Assembly: GCA_951406725.2 (NCBI GenBank)
Contig: OX597824.1
Span: 50,778,001-50,842,000, forward strand
DNA length: 64,000 nucleotides
Direction: 5' to 3'
DNA from: Octopus vulgaris
Lineage: Eukaryota
Shown here: positions 1 through 13,770 of the stretch, piece after piece
Numbering within the stretch: position 1 is the first letter of the stretch
Layout of the letters: the number at the start of each line of letters is the position of its first letter
Translations under genes and position numbers: made by a program
Notes under the pieces: model-generated
What the model was told of the DNA's origin: nothing
Seen by the model: only the letters and a program-made list of their open reading frames with translations
Databases searched by the model: none

Positions 1-189
1 CTGTCTGAAACTCCTTTCTAAAATAATTATCAATGGCATACTGGGGGTTGATATAACCGACTAACTCCCTTATCTTAATTATTTCAAATGGATTAAGCCT
101 CAAAAGAAAAAAATACATTAAATGACTTTCGGCCATGCTTACGCAGACGTAAACACGCGCGCACCTGCGCACACACACTTACACACAAA

Positions 190-410
190 CAGGCACGCAC
201 ACACTCTCTCTCTCTTTCTCTCTCACACACACACATACACATACACATACACACGCATACATACACACAAGGGTGCACGCACACACACTCTCTCTCTCTC
301 TCACACACACACACATACACATACACACGCATACATACACACAAGGGTGCACGCGCACACATACACATACACACGCATACATACACACAAGGGTGCACGC
401 ACACATACTA
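190..410. repeat. Compound CA/CT minisatellite, about 3 copies of a unit containing CACGCATACATACACACAAGGGTGCACGC
   Basis: Unit recurs at about 250, 325 and 370; followed by a CT-rich tract to about 1260. Confidence 0.8.
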
Positions 411-1989
411 TTTCTGTACTTCTCTCAATAATCTGTTCATCCCTCTTTCTCTTTCTCTTTCTTTCTCACTCTCCTCTTATATCTCTCCCTATCATTCTCT
501 CTCTCCCTCTCATCTACCTTCACTCATTTGTGCTCTTAACGCTTTCTTTCTTTCTTTATTTTGCCTTTCCCCCTTATCGGACTATCTCTTTCTTTTTATC
601 TCTCTCAGATACGTCCCTGCCTTTTCTTTTCATCTGACTCTGCCTATTGCTCTCTCTCCCACATCGCTCTCTCCCTGTGTCTGTTCCGTCTCTCTTTTTC
701 ATTTTCTGTATAGCTCTCATACCTTTTCTTTGTATCGTTTCTGTTTCTTTCAGGTCCCCGCTCTCTCTCTCTCTCCTTCCCTCCCTCTCTCTCTTTCTCT
801 CCTCTCTCGCACTTTCTTTCTCTCTCTCCCTCTTTCTCTCTCGATTTCCTCCACTCTTTCTCATCAGTCCTATTATTTTCTGATTCATTTTTCACATCCT
901 TAATTGTCTCAAACTTCAGCTTTTCCTCTTCTCTCTCAGACTATCTATGTCTGTCTGTCTATCTGTCTCTTTATTCTCCTTCTCAATTCGTCTTTCGCAT
1001 TTCCCCTCTTTCTCCTCTTCTCGCACATTCTCAATTGTCTTCTTAAATTTACCTTTCTTTCTCTGTCTGTCCGTCTGTCTGTCTCTGTCTCTCTGTCTGT
1101 CTTCCTATCTCTCCTTTTTTTCACTCCTCTCTCTATGTCACTCTTCTCTTTTCGGTCGATCTATCTGCATCTCTTTTTAACTCTCATCTTTCTCTCTCTC
1201 TTTCGTCCTCTTTCACTTTCCCCCTCTCTCTCACTCTCTCACTCTCTCACTTTCTCTGTCAATAGCCATCTTCCTTGTAGCTAGCAAATTGTCTTGATAT
1301 AAATTACGACGTCTCTTCAAAACATTACATCAAACTTGGCAGTGGAAACAATGTCAGATCTTCATGGCGATCTCTGCCTGTGTTTCATCTAAATGTGAAT
1401 CACTCATCAAATATTATGAGATAAGTTCTGGTGGTAATGTGATCATGAAATAGAAGACACTGGTGAATTGCATATGAGGTGGCGGTGGGTTGGCATACCT
1501 CGCATGAGGAGGAATGTAAATGGATGGATGGTGGTGGTGGTAGTATGGTGGCGGTGGTAGTGGTGGTAGTGATGGCTGTGGCTAAACTAGAAGTGATATA
1601 AAGAGATGCTTTATAACAAAAATCTACAATCAGTGTAAGGTGAGTGGTAGCCAGTTGCTAGGACAGGCAGACATTGCTTTATTTATTTAAAAACACGTCA
1701 GATCACCAAGCAAAATACAACTGCATCAAATACAATGGAATATATGATAGAGGGGATGAAAATAGAAAAAAGAACACGCTCCCTCTATAAAATGTCTTTC
1801 TGGCCATTGATGGTGTGCACGTTCTTAGTGTTTGTCCTAAAGAAACGGGAATATGTGACGCGCATTCCTTTACTTCCAAATGGTTGTTAATACCATTATT
1901 GGTAATTGTGTGAAATGATAAAAACAATCAAGAACAAAATGTATATTTTACTGAGAATTCTTTCTTAAAACTAATTCTTTTTCCTTTTT

Positions 1990-2228
1990 TCCTTTTTATA
2001 CTTCTTTCAGTCAGTAGACAGCGGCCACGCTGGGGCAGCAGCATCAAAAATTTCAGACAAACTAATCAACCCCAGTACTTATTTTCTTTTTAAGCCAGGT
2101 ACTTATTCTGTCGGTCTTTTACTGAACCCCTCAGTTACAGGGACGTAAACATACCAACACCTGTTGTAAAGTGGTGGTAGCAGACAAACACAAACACAGA
2201 GACAAACACACATAGATGTACACACACA

Positions 2229-2271
<43 letters not shown>

Positions 2272-2473
2272 ACACACATATACAAACACACATGTCTATT
2301 TATATATATATATACGACGGTCTTTTAGTTTCCGTTTACCAAATCCACTCACAAGGCTTTGGTCAGCCTGAGGATTTAGTAGAAGACACTGGCCCAAGGC
2401 GTTACGCAGTGGGACTGAAACAGGAACCATGTGGTTGGGAAGCAAACTTGCCACACAAACATATCTACGCCTA
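1990..2473 (-). mobile_element. tRNA-derived SINE, family A (octopus OK/OR-like), diverged full copy
   Basis: Reverse complement matches the 24713-25118 copy: head, GGATTTGGTA.ACGGAAACT block, internal CA/TA repeat and 3' tail. Confidence 0.85.
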
Positions 2474-2530
2474 TAATTGTTTATTTAGTGTAATATAAGT
2501 ATGTATGTGAGTATGCAAGTGTATGTGTGT

Positions 2531-3165
2531 ACTAAGTGACAACACAAAGTTCCCGGACTAGTTCTGTAGCGCGACAACAGATGGAAGCGCACGGTTGCGT
2601 GCGTAATGAGAGCTAGCAGTAAGCTTCATGAGGCAATGTGTCGAATGATGCTGTTGTGTGTAGTTTGCAAGTCGTGAAGTTTATGTTTTTGTGATCACGT
2701 GTATGCTGTAGTCTGCGATTTTGTCATGGACAGGAAGTTGGAACAAAGAGCCAACGTGGAATTTTGCGTTAACCTTCGGAAATCTGCTACAAAGACATTG
2801 AGAATGCTTTAGCAAGCTTACGGTGACGTGGAAATGGGTGGTATGCAATGTTTCGAGTGGCACAAACGCGTCAAAAACGGAAAACATTCCTGGAAGAGGA
2901 TGAGCATCTGGAAAACCTGCCATGAGCGTTACCCCCGGGAATTCGTCACCCAAGACTAGACGGTCAATCGAGAGTTCTGCAACGTTTTGAAGCGTTTGAA
3001 GGAGGACATTCGACGAAAGCGACTGGATCTGTGGTGCGCATAGAATTGGGTTTTTCACGATAACAATGCATCCTGTCATCGAACTCTCTCCACTTATGAG
3101 TTTCTCACCAAAAACAACATGGTATCGCTTCTGCACCGATCCTATCCGCCAGATTTATTACCTGC

Positions 3166-3166
<1 letters not shown>
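2531..3166 (+). pseudogene. Internally deleted mariner (irritans-like) transposase remnant
   Basis: From 2726 reads MDRKLEQRANVEFCVNLRKSATKTLRML*QAYG...FEWHKR (HTH), then WVFHDNNASCH...HRSYPPDLLPA (decayed HHDNAPAH and HPPYSPDLAP motifs). Confidence 0.85.
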
Positions 3167-3197
<31 letters not shown>

Positions 3198-3528
3198 TGT
3201 ATGTATGTATGTATGTGTATATTAGTTATTTACAGGACCCTAGAGAATCAAAGTATTCTAAGTTACCAAAGTAGGGTCAAGAACAGCATATCCATGTATC
3301 AACAGTACAGATGGACTCTCATGTACATACTAATGTATATAAATACTTACCTTTCACGTACATTGACATTCACATGGACAGAACTAATACACTCAACAAT
3401 ATAAGTACCCGAGTATATGTCAAACCGTAAGCAGACATACTCTGGCATGCAGTCCATTAAGCTCAAGAGCCAAAGCAAGAAGGACTCCCATCGAGGTGTA
3501 GTGTAAATAATAACACAAATAACCTGAG

Positions 3529-3616
3529 TTTCACTACAGCTGTTTCAGACGGATTTTGTATTGAAAAACAAAAAACCGCTTAAGTCGTTAAAAAAAGCCG
3601 TTTTCTTCAGGTGAAA
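3529..3616 (-). ncRNA. Type I hammerhead ribozyme motif
   Basis: Minus strand: TTTCAC-CTGAAGA-AAACGG...CCGTCT-GAAA-CAGCTG-TA^GTGAAA; 6-bp helix I, conserved core, palindromic helix III, GUA triplet. Confidence 0.75.
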
Positions 3617-3702
3617 TAAAATTGAAATCCAAAATTGAATATTTAGGATTTTGTTCATGAAGAATATAGAATGTATATTGACTCCGTTATTCCATCATCT
3701 CA

Positions 3703-3750
<48 letters not shown>

Positions 3751-3753
<3 letters not shown>

Positions 3754-3920
3754 GATCCTGGTGTGTTTACGTTCCCGTAACATAGCGGTTCGGCAAAAGG
3801 TAAGGATAGCATAAGTACCGGGCTTAAACAAAAATCCTGAGGTCGAAACATTCGACGAAAAAATTCTGCAATTTGACGCCTCAGCATGGCCGAAACCTAA
3901 TGACTGAAACAAAGATAAAA

Positions 3921-3921
<1 letters not shown>
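3751..3921 (+). mobile_element. SINE family A, 3' half
   Basis: GGTGTGTTTACGTTCCCGTAAC.TAGCGGTTCGGCAAAAG...CAGCATGGCC...TGACTGAAACAA matches the 3' part of the 24713 copy. Confidence 0.8.
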
Positions 3922-3988
<67 letters not shown>

Positions 3989-4620
3989 TACACACACGTA
4001 CGCACACAAAAACACACATATACACACACACGCACACACACACGCACAAACACACGCACACACACACGCACACGCACACTCACTCACACATACACACATT
4101 CATACACATACATACACGCAAACACAAACGCATATATACAAATACATAAGTATATACGTGATGTTTTAAACAGCAATTATGAAAAAGTGAGTCTGACTTA
4201 TATGCTCACAGTTTGACACGCACATAGCAAGACGGCTGTGCACCTAGGATAAATTGGCGGCAAAACACAAGAAAAAACCGCGATTCATTGAGTGTCCTCT
4301 GCACGTATGCGTGCCCGGACTGGTTTAACATTCATTTCGTTGTCTGCTATAGTTGTTGTTGTTGAGGTATGAGTGCGTGTATGTTAACAAGATGATATGA
4401 TGAATTAATTAAGTTCGCAAATTTATTACCTATGATTTTTTTTTTCCGATTAATATTTTTAGATATACATACTACATATTTACATATATGCACATATATA
4501 ATACACGTAAAATATACACTTACACGCAAATAAAAGTATATATATATATGTATATATACATAAATATATATATATACATATATATAAAAGTATACATACA
4601 TATGTGTACGTGTGTATACT

Positions 4621-4665
<45 letters not shown>

Positions 4666-4901
4666 TTGTGTTCTCGGGATAAGTGATAAGACGAGTCTAG
4701 ATATATTTTATTGGAAAATATGACGTTTATTAATAAATAGGAATAAGGAAAAAACACTAAATCTAAGAAAAGCAAGAGTAAAATAAATGAGATAAATGCC
4801 CATAATAATTTAGAGTTTTTGGTTTTACATTTACTTAAAAAATTTTTAAATGTCAAATCTTGCACAAACGTATTTACACGAAAAATAAATGTGAACCTAT
4901 C

Positions 4902-4955
<54 letters not shown>

Positions 4956-5245
4956 ACTGATCTCCTATATATATATACAGACACATACACAAACGTATAT
5001 ACATACATATACACCCACAAACACAGAGAAACACACATACACATATATATACATATATACATATATTAATATGTGTATGTATATATATATGTATATATGT
5101 ATTGTAGATAGCTAAATATAGACATATATACTTATATATAAATATATATCTATAAATATACACACATACATAAAAGTGTATCTTTGTGTAAATATGAGTA
5201 TATACATGCACACAGACACACACATATGTGTATGTATGTACGTAC

Positions 5246-5287
<42 letters not shown>

Positions 5288-5334
5288 GCATATATATATA
5301 TATATGTTTACATGTCTGTATGTATATGTACATG

Positions 5335-5368
<34 letters not shown>

Positions 5369-5790
5369 TGTATATATATATATATATGTATGTATTTGCA
5401 GACATATACTTGTCAAACGCCAGTAACATCGTGGGAAAACATATGTCTGTATATGGAATTATACAGTGTATACAAACCGCTCCGTCTTTAACTGAACTTG
5501 TCATATCACATCGGATAAAGATGTCTTCTTGTAATCACCTATCAGCATTATGTGGCCGCCAGTTTGGACGGTAGGCAAGCCAGATGGAAAATAAATCAAT
5601 ATAATATAATATAACTCAACATAAGAAAATATAACGTAAGATAAGACCTTATATGTTAAATATATCATATCACATAAAGGTATATAGGTACACATACGCA
5701 CACGGATACCTAGATACGTATATACATGCATGCATGCTTACATATACATACATACATACATACATACATACATACATACATACATACATA

Positions 5791-6112
5791 CTCACTGCCT
5801 GAGTACCAATCTTGAGAAATTAGGCTTTTTAAAACCGGAAAGGTACAAGTTAATCGAAGACTATAGATTCAAGCCATCACCGGAACTGTAAAAGTCAGTA
5901 TAACTTTCTAGAAGTTTATCATTTAAGTATATATGAGCAGGTCTATGTATAGAATATATGCATAAAACAAAACTTGCAAATCTGCACTTGTACATACATA
6001 AAAAATATCCTGTTGATGTTGCTGAAATTCCAATGAAGGAGCCTTGGGTCTAGGTTGGGGACCGGCTCTTTCTCTATTGGCAAGAAATCTTGAAATATAA
6101 CTGAATTATAAC
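5791..6112 (+). mobile_element. R4/Dong-type non-LTR retrotransposon 3' end, 5'-truncated, within (CATA)n
   Basis: Aligns by eye with 62603-62926 (ORF end plus 3' UTR); preceded by (CATA)n and followed by CATACATA. Confidence 0.8.
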
Positions 6113-6123
6113 TTACATACATA

Positions 6124-7410
6124 TCAGGTCATCCCATAAGTTCTGTCCGAATTTTGAATAGAGAAAACAAGTGATCAAATGTTATATTTAATTGAAATTT
6201 AATCATCAATGTAATTTCCCTGATTATCTATGACTTCCTTCCATCTATTTACAAGCTTTTTAATCCCATCAATGTAAAACTGTTTTGACTTCAAAGCGAA
6301 GAACTCTGAAATGTCAGTTTCGGCCTCCTCCTGGCTTGCGAATGTTACGTCCTCCAAATGATTCTGTAATCTACGTAACAAATGGTAGTCTGAAAGAGCA
6401 CGGTCGGGAGAATAAGGTGGATGAGGAACTTTTCCCAACTAAGCTCTCCGAACTTCTGTGATGTGATCTTTGTAGTGTGGGGTCGCGCATTGTACTAATG
6501 AAACATCACTCCTTTTCGATTCACTAAAGCGGGTCTTTTTTTTTCTTCAAAGCTTGTTTCAAACTCTCTAATTGCTGAAAGAAGACATGAACATTGATTG
6601 TTGCATTAGGTGGTAACAATTCAAAGTAAATTACTCCTTTGCAATCCCACCAGATAGAGAGAAGAACCTTTTCCCATGAAGTTCCCTTCTCAGTTGTGGT
6701 TGAGCTTTTTCTCTTTTACCAAGCCACTGTTTACGACGTTTAATATTTCGATAGAGATCCATTTTTCGCCACCAGTCAGAAATCTATCCAAAAAAGATGA
6801 AATGAGTTCACGAGAATGGAGAGAAGAGCAGATGTCAACTCGGGATTGGCGGTTGCTTTCGGACAATTCATGAGGCACCCATTTTCCAAGTTTAGGAACT
6901 TTTCCAAGTTGTTGAAGAGGACGATGAACAGTTGCATGGTTTGAACTAAGCTTTATTGCCAATTCTTCAACTGATAATGCAGGATTTTCTTCAAGTAATA
7001 CCTCAAGGAGCTTATCATCAAACTCAAGTGGACGTCCTGTTTGATCTTCATCTTCAAGGCTGAAATTTCCACTTCTGAATTTTGCAAACCATCTTCTGCA
7101 AGTTCATTCATTCAAGCATTCTTTCCCATAAACTGAGTGTATGTTTCGAGTCGTTTCAGCTGCAGAATTCCCTTTTTTGTACTCATAAAGCATTATGTAC
7201 CTCAAATGCTCTTTGGATACTTCCATGTTAGAAAGGGCTTTAATCAAAGAAATTTTAATTCTATTATTCTGTAAAATAATATTGAATTAGTTTAAATGTA
7301 CACAAATGCATAGAAATAATTTTAAATTCCATTAGACATTCTAAAATACTATTAAATTTCATTTAATTTTTAAAAAGGTAAAATTGGACAGAACTTATGG
7401 GATGACCTGA
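6124..7410 (-). mobile_element. Full-length mariner DNA transposon (DD34D, Hsmar1/cecropia-like), 1287 bp
   Basis: TIRs TCAGGTCATCCCATAAGTTCTGTCC at 6124 and its reverse complement ending at 7410; TA on the left, TG on the right (mutated target duplication). Confidence 0.95.
6199..7226 (-). pseudogene. Mariner transposase with stops and frameshifts
   Basis: MEVSKEHLRYIMLYEYKKGNSAAETTRNI...WFAKFRSGNFSLEDE, WVPHEL, TGGEKW (TGDEKW), FH*YNARPH, HPPYSPDRALSDYHL, ending GNYIDD*. Confidence 0.93.
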
Positions 7411-7505
7411 TGTATTGATGGAGCTTGATACGTTTGTTAGAAACCAGCTCCTTCAGAGGAAGAATTTAAATGATTAAAACCAGAAGAGAAACAGACACAC
7501 GCTCG

Positions 7506-7570
<65 letters not shown>

Positions 7571-7789
7571 TGGTCTATATGGTCCATATAAGATTTTGTT
7601 GTTAAAATTTATCTGCAATAAACTGGTTGTACTTCTAAAATACACAAAATATTTTAACATTTTCTTATACAATTCCTAATGATATTTAATTATAAAAATG
7701 TATGAGGTTTTAAACATCGAATGAGTAGGTGGGTCCCATCCAAGTAAAATAAGAATCAAAGGGGCCGATAAATTGAGAAACACTGACGT

Positions 7790-8057
7790 AACTTTTACTC
7801 CTGTACATCATCAACCTATTTTCCGTTACTTCCAGCATAATATCACTTGTCTTTCCTCTCAAACATGTTACATCCAAGCGTTACCTTCTCGTAACCTACA
7901 CACCTGACCCAAAACCGGCACTTAGTCTATGAATAGAGACCTCGACAAAATCCTCAGAGATCGTGCCTGTCTTGTCTCCTTCAACAGAACAAAATCACTA
8001 TCACTACCTATATCAAGAAAATATTATCACACCTACCCAAACTAAACAAAAATATCT
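7790..8057 (+). mobile_element. LINE RT fragment (CR1/L2/Jockey group), near-identical inverted copy of 12220-12460
   Basis: Encodes LLYIINL (FLLYINDL-like) and MNRDLDKIL...LVSFNRTK; reverse complement found at 12220-12460. Confidence 0.75.
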
Positions 8058-8593
8058 GACGTAAACGTTTAAGTGTTCCTTATCACTGCCAGCTTTTTTC
8101 TAGAATAGCGTTCCCTCAGCCCCTTTCTATCAAAGCCCTTTGGATTGTTACAAATGGAGCTGAGTTTGCCCGAAACCAAGTTTATCAGCAACTCTCTTTA
8201 CGATGTATCGCATTAGGTGAAAGTTATCGTGAACGAATCTACCAGAAATCGCACGGGCGTGTATCTTCCAGACGAAACTACAGTCGACAAGTGTCAACCT
8301 TTTTGCTTGAATCTAAGGGAAAATCTTGAATACTGCACGCTCATTGAAATATCAAGAAGTAGTAATTGTTGATTATATTTTCACTTGCTCGCGTTCTCCG
8401 TCAGCAGCAGTGACGACACTGCTCCTCAGTTAACTCAGTTGAGGATGTTTCCATTTTATTGTCAGTTATTAACAGACATCTGCCAGCAAAGGAAAATCTA
8501 GCTTGTGGGGCAGATCATCCCCCCCATCCATCTATACCAGCTGATGATTGCTTTTTGCCCCTTGCAAGAACCACTCATCGCCGACGACACTAT

Positions 8594-8747
<154 letters not shown>

Positions 8748-9449
8748 GGATCGTATTGATAGATGGATGTTAAAAAACAAAACACAACAACCAAATCCAT
8801 AACTATAACCAAAGCTAAAAAACTATATATAAATATATATACACATACATCTAAAAACAAAACAAATGACGAAAATAAAATAAAACAAAACAAAAAATGA
8901 AATGGACGCTAAAATTTTCGATCGATCAATTAGCGCGGTGTCATCACACAAACACTGTGTCGCCTCCCATCTTCACCTCACCACTACCACTACCACACTG
9001 CGACACCACCACCACCGCCACGACCATCACCACCACAAAACTATACGCTAGACTTCCCTTCTTTTCTTCTCTTAACAACAGCCCACCCTTGTCAATTACA
9101 ATACCACATCATATCCATCATACCCACTAGCACTCCATTTATCTCTTTCTCTTTCATAACCCTCTCTCTCTCCCCTTCCTCTCTCACTCTCTTCTCCCTC
9201 TCACTTTCTCTTTCCCTCTCTCTCTCTATCTTGCTGTCGATCTATATCTCTTTGACCTTCATTGCCCAATATTTGCTTTAATATAACTGCCACACCACCA
9301 ACGCCACGACTCTACTTTGTACACACACACACGCACACACACACAAACACACACACACAGACACGCACACGCACATACATACATGCACACATTGTCATCG
9401 CTTACAATATTAGTAAATTGAATGCGTCACTACCAGCAATATGAAAAGC

Positions 9450-9476
9450 TGATGGCTGTGATGGCGTTGATTATGT

Positions 9477-9547
<71 letters not shown>

Positions 9548-9755
9548 GCGGTGGTGATGGTGGTGGTGGTGGTGATGGTGGTGGTGATGGTGGTGGTGAT
9601 GGTAGTGACGATGATGGTGATGATGATGATGTTGTTGATGTTGGTGACGATAGTGATGACAATGGTGATGACGATGACGATGAGGGTGGTGGCGGTGGTG
9701 GAGGTGTTGGTGATGGTGGTGTTGATGATGAGGATGATGATGGTGGCAGTGGTGG

Positions 9756-9825
<70 letters not shown>

Positions 9826-10235
9826 AATGATGATGGTAGCGGTGGTGGCGGTGGCAGTTGTAGTGGTGATGATGACGATGATGAGGATGATGATGATGAT
9901 GATGATGATGATGGTGTTGGTGGTGGTGATGATGATGACGATATTGATGATGAGGATTATGATGATGAAGATGATATTGATGGTAGTGGTGGTGGTAGTG
10001 GTGGTCGTCGTGATGATGATGGTGATGAATGGCCTGATGATAATGATGATGATGATCACGGTCATGGTCATGATGATAATGGTGGTGGTGATGATAGTGA
10101 TGGTGGCCGTGGTGGTAGTTGTCGTGGTAGTGGTGGCGATGGCGGTCATGGTGATAGTGATGTTGACGATGATGACGACGATGACGATAATGGTGGTGGT
10201 GGTGGTGATGATGGACATGATGGCGTTAGTGATTG
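9450..10235. repeat. Degenerate (GAT)n/(GGT)n trinucleotide array, about 790 bp
   Basis: Directly visible; produces the poly-M/V and poly-I/T pseudo-ORFs. Confidence 0.95.
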
Positions 10236-10998
10236 TCATCTACTTATGGTGACCAAATGACAATGAACTTGGTGTTGCTAGCGTTGCTAGTGTTGTTGGT
10301 GTTGTTGCTAGTGTTCTTGTTAAAGATGTCAATGTAGTTAGTGGCAGCTATTAGTGATGTTGTCGTTGTTGTTGTTGTTGTCATTAACGATGGTTTTGTT
10401 GTTGGTAACGTTGTTGTTATAGACTTCGTTGTTGTAGCTTGTGCTGGTGTTGGTGGTGACGGTGGTGACGCTGATGATAGATATCGTCTTGCAGAGCTAG
10501 CCACTTGTAGTAAGTCTATAGAAGTTCGTTTTAACCGACTTCTTCGGTGAGATTGGTCCAAAGAACCAAAATGCCATGACCTCAACCCGGTCAAATTCCA
10601 TCTCCACCCACATATTTCCTCCTGGGTCCATCTTCTACAGTCCTTACGAAATTAGACTCACTATCAGCCATCCCTTCAATAACATCTGTCTGTCTGTCTA
10701 TCCCTCCACATGTCTCTCTGTCTCTCGTCTGTCTGCCTTTCTTCCTGTCTGTCCGTCCTTCTATCTGTCTGTCTATCTGCCTATCTGTCTGTCTATGTTT
10801 CAATTCTTATTTTTATTCCTTCTTTCTTCATCTTAAAACGCTTTCTCATTTTTTCTTTTTCTCTCTCTCTCGTACACATCCCCACGCACACTCACATAAA
10901 CACATCTGTATCATCATACACACACGCGCATACACACAAAAACACACACAAGTGAATACACATATATTTACCCAGGCACACATATTCTTTCTTTCTCT

Positions 10999-11035
<37 letters not shown>

Positions 11036-11399
11036 TTATTCATACAGAAGTACACAGACATACAAATAAATATTCATAAAAACTCACGCACACGCACACA
11101 CACACATACACATGCACAAAAACACACACAAACACGCACACGCACAGACACACATGCACACGCACACACATACATATGCCTACACACACACACAATCGCG
11201 TCTCTTCCACTCTCTTTCTAATGTTTAAAATTCACTAAACTTTTGCAGAATCACACCCTTCATCTCTCTCTCCCTTTCTCCTTACTCCAAATTTCTTTCT
11301 TTCTCTCCACTTCTCTCTCTATAATTCCTTCTCCTTCCCGTTCTGGATTTCTTCGCCCTATTTTCCCTATTATTTCTCTCTTGTTGAGTAAAACGCGGA

Positions 11400-11545
11400 C
11401 TTGGTGCAGGCGGTACACACACACACCGCAGTATTTAGTTATGATTCTTCATGTTCTACGTTCAAGTCTTACCGATCTTATATTATCTATATTTCATCTT
11501 TTCGATGAAGGGTCGATAAACTAAAGTATCTGTCAAGTACTGGGT
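11400..11545 (+). mobile_element. SINE family B, degenerate
   Basis: GTTCTACGTTCAAGT...TTTCATCTTTTCG..G.GGTCGATAAACTAAAGTA..GTCAAGTACTGGG similar to the 50988 copy. Confidence 0.55.
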
Positions 11546-11689
11546 TTTCCTTTAGTCGCTGCATCCGGTCATTATGATTTCTCAAGCGAGCTGATCTGTG
11601 GAATAAATTGTCCCTTCCAGAAACATAATGATGCCTTTAAACTTTTTTTATTGGTTTTGTCTGTTGACTTTAGAGGACCTCCGCGACTG

Positions 11690-12500
11690 GTGAGATTGAC
11701 GGTAACGTTTCTCTTGGGCAGTTGTAAATCGACAGGTACAGGGTCTAACATGTGCAGAGATTGAATTCCAATGGTCTCGTTGTTAGTTCTGAACGTGAGG
11801 TGAGGGAGGAGAAACAATATGGGTGACAAGTGAAATGAAGACGAGTGAGTCGGAAATGCCTGATTTGTGGTGGAAGAAGAGCAGCTAGTATCATGGTATA
11901 GGAACAAAAGAAGCAGAGGTTGAGAGAAAGAGAAGGGGAAGAGGAGAGAGAGTGAGAGAGAAAGAGGGTAAATGAGGAAGAGATAGAACAGGGGAGCTAA
12001 TCCTTACCAGTCAGTCAAGTGACTCTTATTTAGATGCAGTTTAGGGTGTCTGTAAACGTAGCAACAGCACCATGTGGATCTCACCTGAGCTTCGTAGAGG
12101 GTTTGTAGTTGTGTGAGGCTGAAATATTTTCTGTCCCTAAAGTGGAAAGCCAGTCATCCTGACTCAGGATAATGAAACCTTTGGGATTTACTGAAAACCT
12201 TTGGGATTCTCATTCCGCGATATTTTTGTTTAGTTTGGGTAGGTGTGATAATATTTTCTTGATATAGGTAGTGATAGTGATTTTGTTCTGTTGAAGGAGA
12301 CAAGACTGGCACGATCTCTGAGGATTTTGTCGAGGTCTCTATTCATAGACTAAGTGCCGGTTTTGGGTCAGGTGTGTAGGTTATGAGAAGGTAACGCTTG
12401 ACAAGTGATATCATGCTGGAAGTAACGGAAAATAGGTTGATGATGTACAGGAGTAAAAGTGTTGGGTACAAAACCGAAATCTGAGGCACTTCAAAGTCGA
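11690..12500 (-). mobile_element. LINE (CR1/L2/Jockey group) RT and C-terminal remnant, interrupted by a GA tract
   Basis: Minus strand pieces VPQISVLYPTLLLLYIINL (GVPQGSVLSPTLFLLYINDL), RKYFSLTQLQTLYEAQVRS and WNS...VDLQLPKRNV. Confidence 0.75.
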
Positions 12501-13364
12501 TATGTTGTGGGCTGCAGAGAGAGGGGAAAAAAGAGAACGAGAGAGAGAGGAAGAGAGAGAGAGAGAGAGTGAGTGATATTCCTTAGTACACGTTGTAACG
12601 GTACGATCTAACAAGAAAACCAGATCCCAGAGATAGGAAATGGATTAAGAACATAACCTTGCAGTAACTCGAAATCGTCAAATCATTAACCTAGCAACCA
12701 TCCTAAGTCTCCGTAGATTTCTTGTTATTAGGAACATTTTAAAATAAATTTCTACTCTGCGATCTCGATGGTGGATAACTTTGAGAATGTATTAAAACAA
12801 GTCATAGTCATAATAATATATATTCTATTGAGCTGGCTGTAGTATTGTTCGTAGTTGTTGTTTAGCCACTGGTCAGTTATAAAAAAAAACTGGACCCACA
12901 ACCACAAGTCCTCCAACCATCACCATCTCGGTTGTAATTCAGTGAAGTCAAAATTATCAATTTGTTCATTAATTATACGAATATGTTAAAAAATTTATAA
13001 CGTTTTTTTTTTGTATTCTTTGTTGGCAGCCATTTTGTCACAATGCGTCTTTACCTCAATCGTTAGGAAGATCAGAAATGAGAAACTCAGAATTACGATT
13101 CAAGAAGCCTTAGTTTTTAAATATATAAGTACACTGTAAGTATTGAGTAATTTCTCTCCACGTCTGAAAAAGCAAATCTGTATGTATGTATGTATGTATG
13201 TATGTATGTATGTATGTATGTATGTATGTATGTATGTATGTATGTACATACACATATATTATCTATCTATCTATCTACCTATCTATCTATCTCTCTATCT
13301 CTCTATCTATCTATCTATCCATATCTATCTATATATATATATATATATATATAGATATACCTGT

Positions 13365-13515
13365 AGGCGCAGTGGTGGGTGTGTAGTAAGAAGTTTGCTT
13401 CCCAACTACATAGTTCAGAGTTCAGTTCCACTATGTGGTATCTTCTGCTTTAACACCAGCCGTCCAAAGCCTTGTGTGTGGATCTGGTAGACGGAAACTG
13501 AAAGAAACCCGGCCA
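13365..13515 (+). mobile_element. SINE family A, 5' half
   Basis: GGCGCAGTGGTGGGTGTGTAGTAAGAAGTTTGCTTCCCAAC...GGATCTGGTAGACGGAAACTGAAAGAAACCC. Confidence 0.85.
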
Positions 13516-13539
13516 ATATAAACACACACACATCTATAT

Positions 13540-13770
13540 AGTTCAAATTTACAGAAAACTAATGAAGACAGGGGAGGAAACAACAAGCAGGTGTATTCGC
13601 TTGACGCTCGGGAAGAATGAAAAAGTCTTTGACGTTTCAAGCCTGAGCTCTTCGACAGAAAGGATAGAGAGGGAAAAAATGGAGAGAGAAAAATATGTGG
13701 GGATTAACGGTTTATCCCGACCAAGTCACTGGGAGAAAGAGGCTAACTGAAAAGGAGACAATAATAAGAG
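13540..13770 (-). mobile_element. Short hammerhead-bearing non-autonomous element (family H1)
   Basis: Minus strand CTTT-CTGTCGA-AGAGC.TCAG.GCTT-GAAA-CG-TC^AAAG at 13627-13662; flanks shared with the 19330, 40527, 44285 and 49460 modules. Confidence 0.65.

Noticed and set aside
190-410. CRISPR-like repeat-spacer pattern
   Set aside because: Eukaryotic context; the intervening sequences are microsatellite, not unique spacers, and there are no cas genes
93-1284. Many overlapping ORFs (HT-, CV-, SL- and ER-rich)
   Set aside because: Translations of CA/CT microsatellites lacking stops; no domain. The same applies to the YI/HT/CV ORFs throughout the window.
9422-10252. 276-aa poly-Met/Val ORF and its 269-aa antisense poly-Ile/Thr ORF
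   Set aside because: Product of a GAT/GGT array; open on both strands simply because the repeat lacks stops
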